A DNA stretch of 64,000 nucleotides from assembly GCA_964019335.1 (NCBI GenBank), contig OZ025654.1:62001-126000 (forward strand), written 5' to 3'. The translations under genes were made by a program, and so were the position numbers. The notes below the pieces were generated by a model. It had not been told where the DNA came from, did not search any database, and worked only from the letters and a program-made list of their open reading frames with translations. This stretch comes from Diplonema japonicum (taxonomy: Eukaryota > Protista > Euglenozoa: Diplonemea). Below are positions 57,366 through 64,000 of this stretch, piece by piece (positions within the stretch are counted from its first letter, which is position 1; each line of letters begins with the position of its first letter).

Positions 57366-58014
57366 CTATTGAACAATTTCTCGAAAACATTAAAAAAGAA
57401 TTTTCTTTATACTACTTTTTTTTTTCCTTCATTTTTTTTTTTTTTTTTTTTTTTTTTTTGTAACAAATTGTTCTTCAAAAAATTTCCCGCGTCATAACAC
57501 CACGGGATGCGAAAAGAAATAAGAGGACGACTGGGGGGAGAGCGCCTTTAACACGCGCCGTGAAAAACTCAACGATAGGTGGAGGGAGGGGAGAGCGAAA
57601 GTGTTGACTATCAACCTCTCTGCCATATAATAGAGGGAAAAAAATAGTATAGGTTACTTCAAGGCATGCGTGCAGTGTGGTACCACTCTCTGATGCGACT
57701 GGCAGAGGCTAAGACCTCTACCTGCGCTACTTCTGCGTGCAACGACCTACCTACAGTGGGCGTGACACGAAAGCCCGATCCATATCGCCGGGGGGGGAGA
57801 GTGTACCCGGAAACACACCCCGGTACCCACGAACAACGCACCGCAGCAAGACTGCCCTCTGCACGGGTGGCGGCAGTGCTCATATATTCCACAATTGGGA
57901 AAAAAAGAAAAAAAAGGGAGAAAAAAAAAAAAAAACCTATGCATAGTGTATGGGTGTGGGAATAATAATAATAAAAAAAAAACACAAAAAAAATCTAACG
58001 TTTGTTTCCTCTTT

Positions 58015-58485
58015 TCACTGTTTTGTGCGTATACTCGTCCTCCTCGGGCTGGGGTCGTAAGGCATCCCATCGTAGGTCATGAGACCTGTGTGAAACCTTG
58101 GTGCTGGCACGGACTTGTCATAGCCTGGTACTCCTTCCATGTAGTGGTGCCAGAAGGGTGCTCCTGACTTTGTTGCCACCCTTGCAGACCGTGATGGGAT
58201 GCCCTCTGAGTCACTTGACCGGAATGCGTACACGCGGCAGCCATCTAGAAGCTGCTCAGCTGCAACGACTGGTTGCCAGCCCTTCGTTGGCTCACTGACC
58301 TCTAGGCGTGTTGTTCTCTTCTTATCCACCTCCTGTCCCCGCTTCCTAGCGTTCATGCAGATCAAAGCCGCCTTTCGGTCGATTCCTGTATACACCTGCT
58401 CCAGCGAAGGACGGGCTGACGGGATAAAAACGCTTGTTTCCCTTGTTTCACCGTAGGCGTCGAAGGAGACTATTATGGTGGTCAT
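58015..58485 (-). CDS. Small protein with BILBO1 N-terminal-like (ubiquitin-like) domain
   Basis: IIVSFDAYGETRETSVFIPSARPSLEQV..WQPVVAAEQLLDGCRVYAF matches, from memory, the BILBO1-N pattern (V.AD..N.K.NFEL.FPSRPS..W..L...QL...CQLY.F). Confidence 0.6.
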   Translation of the reverse strand: MTTIIVSFDAYGETRETSVFIPSARPSLEQVYTGIDRKAALICMNARKRGQEVDKKRTTRLEVSEPTKGWQPVVAAEQLLDGCRVYAFRSSDSEGIPSRSARVATKSGAPFWHHYMEGVPGYDKSVPAPRFHTGLMTYDGMPYDPSPRRTSIRTKQ

Positions 58486-58742
58486 CTTTTTTTCTTTTTT
58501 TGCCCCTTTTCTCCAGGCCCCCTTCCCGCCCCCCCCCCCCGCCCCCCCTGCCCTAAAGAAAAATGATGGAAAGCCCTTGCGCCCGTGCAATTTTTGTTTT
58601 TGTTTTTGTCTTTGTTTCAAAAAATAACTACTTCACAAACTACTTGAAAACAAAACAAAAAAAGAACACGTTAGCTAAAAAAATGAGGCGACAGACAGGG
58701 GGGGGACCGGGTAAAGCAGTTCCTCTAGGATGGGGCGGCGGC

Positions 58743-58880
58743 GGCTATGTTGGCAAGAAACGGGGAAACGTTTCCGTTTCCGTTCCCCGTTTTCCAAAAT
58801 AAGGAAACGTTTCCGTTCCCGTTTCCGTTTCCTTATTTTCAAAAAAAAAGCTTGGAACCGCGTTTCCCTGCCAACAGGGA
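58743..58880. mobile_element. MITE family A, copy 2
   Basis: GGCTATGTTGGCA..TGCCAACAG termini with the same GGAAACGTTTCCG subrepeats as 3193-3361. Confidence 0.65.
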
Positions 58881-59445
58881 GGGGGGGGGATTAAGAGATT
58901 TACAGCATTTCTTCCCCCCCCCCCCCCTTCTTTTCTGCTCAAAAAGAAATAAAACTCAAATTAACACGCAGACTCCTAAAGCGAAAGCTGCATGCCCTAA
59001 AAAGGGAGGGGGTATGGTCAGTACTAGGTATCTCTCAGTTTCGATCTAATCTTGCGACTCCTCCAAGTGCTGATCTCTTCAGGCAAGTAGCACCCTTCAT
59101 TGGCTCCCACTAGCGTCCCAGCAGGTATGAAGAAAACTTTTCCCGACCAATAAAAAAAAAGAAAAAGAAAGAGGATTCGACCCATTTTCAGCGACCGCTT
59201 CACTGTTGATGAAATAATAACCAGACCTTTTAAAAAAAATATATATGAGTTAAAGGAAGTCTTTGTGAGACGCCCCCTTGTTCTCATGCTCTACCTGCAC
59301 CTATCCCCCTTCAGCAGCGGTTTCTCCTTCTTCGGTGGTCGTGCCGGCCTCCTCCCCAGCTTGGCTATGTCTAAAAAAAAAAAAAAAAAACTCAAAGTAC
59401 AGGACAAGCCCCCCGCTAGAGGGCCGCCCTATGGGAGGGGGGGGT

Positions 59446-62400
59446 CTATCTGTTAATACTCCCCTTCTGGAGCATTGCTTTCATCCCGATTGTGGCTGTG
59501 AGCGTCTTGCGGAGTCGTGTGATGCGATCCCGCTTGTAGGCGGCCTTCAAATCCATCAGCTTGTCGTGCGTGGACTGGGTAGCAAAAATGGGCCTCCTGG
59601 AGAAGCCTATAGCTGCCTTTCCTCCTATGGCGATGAGGGATTTCACCCTTTTCTGCTCATCCGCTGGGAAGGGGCGTCGCTTCTTCCGTGCCCTGCACGC
59701 TGCGTTTATCTTTACGATTAGGGCCTTGATTCTGCGTGCCCTATCTTCCAGCAGGCCTCCTAATGATTTACCGGTCGTCCATTCGAAGTCAATGGCTAGC
59801 TCCACCGCCGACACCTCCGAGGCGGTGTCCTTCTCCACCCAGCGCAGCTGTGACAACCATTGTAGCAGCGGGTTCAGGTACTGGGACAGGACCCCACCCA
59901 CTCCCTCGAGCTCGCCTGCTATCGGAACGGGGCATCTCTTTCCTACTACATTTCGTTCCCACGGTAGCGGCTGTGTGTTGACGTCCTCCTTCTGCACGAG
60001 CTCCACGTCCCGCTTCTCAACCACCACGGCCAAGTATCGTTGCAGTTTTTCCAGGTATGCAAAGGCATGTCCTCTCGGCAGTATTGCGTGTAGCTCAAGA
60101 CACAGGGGCCATCCCGTCCTGTCGCGCAGCGGTTCCAAACCGTCCTGTGCCAGCTCGTCCCGTGCGCAGGCACACTCGTAAAGCTGATGGCGTAGTAGGG
60201 TTACCGTGTCCGGGTGTGGTGACTCACACAGGTCACACCTGAACCCTTGTGTGCGTGGTACTTCCGTCGTTGGGACGTGGTCTATGCTGTCCCCGTCTTC
60301 CTCGGTGCCATCTCCTTCTGGTGCCAGGGGGACGCTCCTTTGACTCGTACCTGCATGCGGGCTAAGGTAGGGGACCCCTCCGGCGATCACCCGTCTCAGG
60401 CAGTAGGACATGAGTGGGTCCTTGGCTGTCTTCCACAGTTGGTTGGTTTTGGGATCCGCTCCCGCCTCCATCCCCTTCACTGTGCTTCTTTCGTTCGCCA
60501 GTGACCTGCTCCGGGCTTTCCTCACCGCGTCCCTAAAGGCGTGCCCGCGCTCGGCCCAGGGTTTGTTCCTACAGTCTAGCAGCTGCGTCCAGTTCCACCC
60601 TATGTAGGGGAGCCACCGACATAGTAGGTTGCCTACTGGCCCCATTGGGATGGACCCCGTGCCGCACCCCGCAGCGATCCGTGTGCATCTCCGTCGCAGT
60701 CTCTCGTCGTCAAGCGCTCTGGACACTACCTTCAGGGAGTGGTATATCACATAGGAGAGGGGGTCGCTGGTGTGCCCCTTCAAGAGGACCGTGTTGACCG
60801 CGGTTGGAGATCGTCCACGATGATGCGGGCCCCACAGATTGCATGTTACCCTCGTTGACAACTTCTTGAGTGTCTCGTCACATGGGGGAGAGAACGGCCC
60901 GCTGTAGAGGCATGACGGGAGTACTGTCGTGCTGACCATGTGTGCTTTGGTCTCGAAAGCTAATCTCGTGCACCCTAGCCGGTCTAGTGAGTCAAGTGCA
61001 TCCGTGGATGGTCTGTTCCATTTCGTTCCTGTCCTGCGCGTGTTGATCATCACGCCAAGCCCTTTGAAGTCCGTCACTGTCTTGTAAGGTACAGCAACTA
61101 CCGAGCCTTTCCTAATCGCCGTACGGTCTCCTACGACTCTCGACTTGTAACCCTCTGCGGTGCCAAAGCCAACCGTCTTTTCCTCGTTGACCTTCATGCC
61201 AGTCAGGTCGCAGAACTCCAGAGTCCCTTCGACCGCTGCTTGTAGGGAGTCGCGTAGCTTCGCTAACAGGTAAGCGTCGTCGGCATATGCTAGCACCTCG
61301 GCGTCCGGCGCTACTTGCTCGATGGCCCGTATCATGATGGAGAGCAGGGCGTTGATGACAATGACCGACAACGGGCACCCTTGGAGGATTCCGTTTGTGG
61401 CCTCAAATGTGTCACCTACTCCTATGGGGTACTTGAACCTCCTTGTGATCTGGGAATACATCCCCTGGAGTGCTTTCCCTATGGACTCGTCCATCCCCAG
61501 GGCGTTCATGAGGTCAAGTGACAGCTGTTGTGGGACTAGGTCGAAGCACTTTCGAAAATCCAGGGCTAGTCCCTCCAGAGGCTCTCCTTCCACCAAAGCC
61601 AGCTCCAGCTTGGTACACAGTTCCATGAGGGCTGTTGTCGTGCTGTGCTTGGGCCTAAACCCGTGCTGTCTCGGCGTGATCCAACGTTCCTGCCAGTCAA
61701 GGACATCCTTCAGCCTCGTACACGCCCACAAGCGGTAGATGGTGCTGGTCACTGTGATGGGTCGGTGGTTCAGCGGTGCTGACCCTTCACCCTTTGGTAT
61801 CAGTGACACCAGGGCTGTCGTGATCTGTCTCGGCCACTGGCCCGTCTCCTCAATCAGGTTGAAGAGGTCTGCGAAGGCCTTTAGGATGCTCACCGGGAGA
61901 CGTTTCAGCTCACTCATTCGCCAGCCGTCTACGCCACAGGCTCCCTTCTCCGGCTTCTTTTTGACCACTTCTCTTAGCCGCTCTGCTGTGATCGGGGTCC
62001 GCGTCATTGGGGTTTTCTTGATTAAGTCCCTGTAGCGCTGTGCGAATCGTTCGTACTGCGGCTCGTCTTCTGGTGTCCGCGCAGAAAAGATGCCCGACCA
62101 AGCATCCCGCATCACCTCGTCCATCTTCCGTAGGTTTGCGGTCACCCCGCCGTCTGCTGTCTCAACCACATCTGTCTTCTGGTTTGGGCGGTCTCTGACC
62201 CAGGCCGTGATGTGTCTGCGCTCCTTCCCAAAGTCTGAGCGTATTGAACGTTCGTATGCTTTCGCCTGCATGTTCTTGCGTTGTAGGAGCAGCTCCGATA
62301 ACATTCCCTGGGCGTGATCTTCAGCTATTTCCAGCTCTCCCCTGATGCTATCAATACTCCCTGCCGCGTCGGTCTTGCAGGACTCGACCTTCAGCTCTTC

Positions 62401-63593
62401 CCCCAACGTTGTAATGTTCCTGAGTGTGTTCCGTACCTCTACTGGGAGCGGCCCGCAGTGCCCGCCCTCATAGAGCTTTAACATTTGCTGTTTTGCGCTT
62501 CGGATTTTGAGCTTCAGCTTCTCAAGTCGTTGTTGTCGATTTGTTGCCGCCCCAACTGTCGACTCCGTAGACCTCGCACTCAGCTCCGACTTCGTAGGCT
62601 CCCGAACCTTGCCTCTCCCGGTGTATACGCTGCGCACCGGACCCACGTATCCATGTAGTAGGTACTGCTCCGCGAGGTCTGCTATCTCCGAGAACGCTTC
62701 GGTGGGCTTCTGCGCCGTAATGAACTCACGGTATTTCGACTTCTGCATCAGTGTCTCCGCTACTCCGGTGGGTGCCCTCTTGGTCTTCGGTATCTCCTGC
62801 GGGACGGTGTATCTTAGGACTTCTTGTCGGAAGGCTGGGATGTTGAGTGTTACCGACAGGCATCGGTGGTCCGACCCGGAGATAGCCTCGTTTACTCCAC
62901 AGTGTTCGAGCCCCTGGGCCGCGATGTTGTTCAACAGTACCCTATCCACCCGCGTACTGCAGTTGGTTCTGACAAGCGTGCTCTCTACCTGCGCTCCATC
63001 CCTCCGAGCACAGAACGCAGCGGCGTCTACCCAATCCGTCTGTAGAGCCCTCCTTAGCGTGGCGGAACGGGTTTCGTCCGTGTTGAAGTCACCCATCACG
63101 GCCACCGGCACGTCTCCCAGCTCGAACTTGAGTCGGTGTAGTAGGTAATGGAGAAGCTCCTCACGGTACTTCGCCTTCGTCGGGTCTTGTCCTGAGTGGC
63201 AGTATACATTCACCAAATGAAGCCATCGCTTGTTCCCATCAAGTGAGATTTTCACGTGTGACCATCTGTCCTTGTGCGGCCCAGCCGTTTCACAGACCAC
63301 CGCTGTCCGTGGTTTTTTCACAAAGGTCCCTAGTCCGCCCCGCTTCGCTATCGTCAGAGACGTGACACCCTTGGTCTCCCTCCCCGGCTGAGGTTTGCTC
63401 CAGAATCTGGTGTATTGTTTGCCCAAACATCATCTCTCAGCACGTGTTCAATCTCCATCTGAGTCTGTGCTGTGAGGGCAGTTTCTTGGATGCAGAATGC
63501 GTCCGGGAGGACAGTAGAGTACTCACCCAGCCGGTTGTTTAGTGCTGAGCCGTTGTGTGTGAAAATGGTGAAACTCTCTGGTCCTGGCTCTGG
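59446..63593 (-). CDS. LINE ORF2 (APE, RT, CCHC knuckle); single 1-nt frameshift in a G-run near 63423
   Basis: 1326 aa open frame with YADD and the other RT/APE motifs. The upstream APE motif segment (THNGSAL, FCIQET) is one base out of frame (TGG GC vs TGG GGC in copy 1). Confidence 0.93.
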
Positions 63594-63629
63594 TCCGGGG
63601 TGGGGTTCGACACCTTGTTCGATGAGGCG
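63591..63629 (-). other. 2A/StopGo-like peptide RLIEQGVEPHPG|P (copy 2)
   Basis: Hand translation; identical peptide to copy 1 with synonymous codon differences. Confidence 0.7.
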
Positions 63630-63734
63630 TTCAAATTTCTTGTCAGATAGGCGTATCGGATTGTATTTGGATGGACGGGAAAGGGGGGGAGGGAATGGGT
63701 TTGAAGGGTGGGTTTGGGGGGAGTTCCCCTGTAG

Positions 63735-64000
63735 TCACTGCTCGCTTTGCTCGCATCCGCGGCACTTTACCCTATTGCAGTCTAATATTATGCAGGACTG
63801 TGCTGGGTTGTTTTTCGTGATATTCCCGTTGCAGTAGTGGCACACCCCCTTCCAGTATTGGTATGTCCCGTTGTAGACGTGGCATATGCCTTTGCCCAGG
63901 CAGTCGTTGATGTCGGTGCCCTCATCTAGGTCGATGTCGGTGTCATCGTCAGTCGGGGGGGGACCCAAGTCATCCTCCGTCTCCATGTCGTCGTTTTCTC
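63735..64000 (-). CDS. 3' end of the LINE upstream ORF (acidic tract plus Cys-rich zinc finger), ends in TGA
   Basis: DDDTDIDLDEG then CH..CHYC-x12-C-x4-C-x4-CRGC; homologous segment at 15478-15691. Confidence 0.7.
   Translation of the reverse strand, partial: ENDDMETEDDLGPPPTDDDTDIDLDEGTDINDCLGKGICHVYNGTYQYWKGVCHYCNGNITKNNPAQSCIILDCNRVKCRGCEQSEQ

Larger units (their letters stand above)
59391..64000 (-). mobile_element. Non-LTR retrotransposon long copy 2 (5' part continues beyond the window)
   Basis: Collinear with 11140-15691; 3' end ..CTTTGAG followed by T18. Confidence 0.95.

Noticed and set aside
57688-57775. CTGATG..CGAAA suggesting a hammerhead ribozyme
   Set aside because: The core reads CUGAUGCG rather than CUGANGA, and the required stems are not formed.
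63735-63737. UGA as a reassigned sense codon (Trp) or selenocysteine
   Set aside because: Host genes in the window terminate with TGA and use TGG for Trp. No SECIS-like element was recognised in the short LINE 3' UTR. Sec is not strictly excluded.

Overview
Eukaryotic protist DNA, most likely a euglenozoan such as a diplonemid. This is inferred from the tandem membrane adenylate cyclases, a BILBO1-N-like domain, apparently intronless genes, and all apparently intact genes lying on the minus strand. Bases 1-27.7 kb and 56.3-64 kb are gene-rich. They encode three class III cyclase paralogs, a membrane-anchored methyltransferase, a bacterial-type DUF2779 protein (Cas4-like plus DEDD exonuclease), a CSTPP1-like protein, a RING/B-box/MIB-HERC2 E3 ligase, and CBM9-like, PPR-like, SGNH/PC-esterase, coiled-coil, EamA and BILBO1-N-like proteins. 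Bases 27.7-56.3 kb are an A/T-homopolymer-rich tract with transposon relics and two CCCH zinc-finger genes. The most notable system is an APE-RT non-LTR retrotransposon family with four copies. In both long copies a Cys-rich upstream ORF ends in UGA-C and continues in frame, with no AUG, through a Pro-rich linker into a variant 2A/StopGo motif (RLIEQGVEPHPG|P) directly before the endonuclease. This suggests stop-codon readthrough followed by ribosomal skipping. The element also has no poly(A) tail and ends against T-runs on its sense strand, the mirror image of L1. All calls come from reading the sequence by eye; no searches were run.
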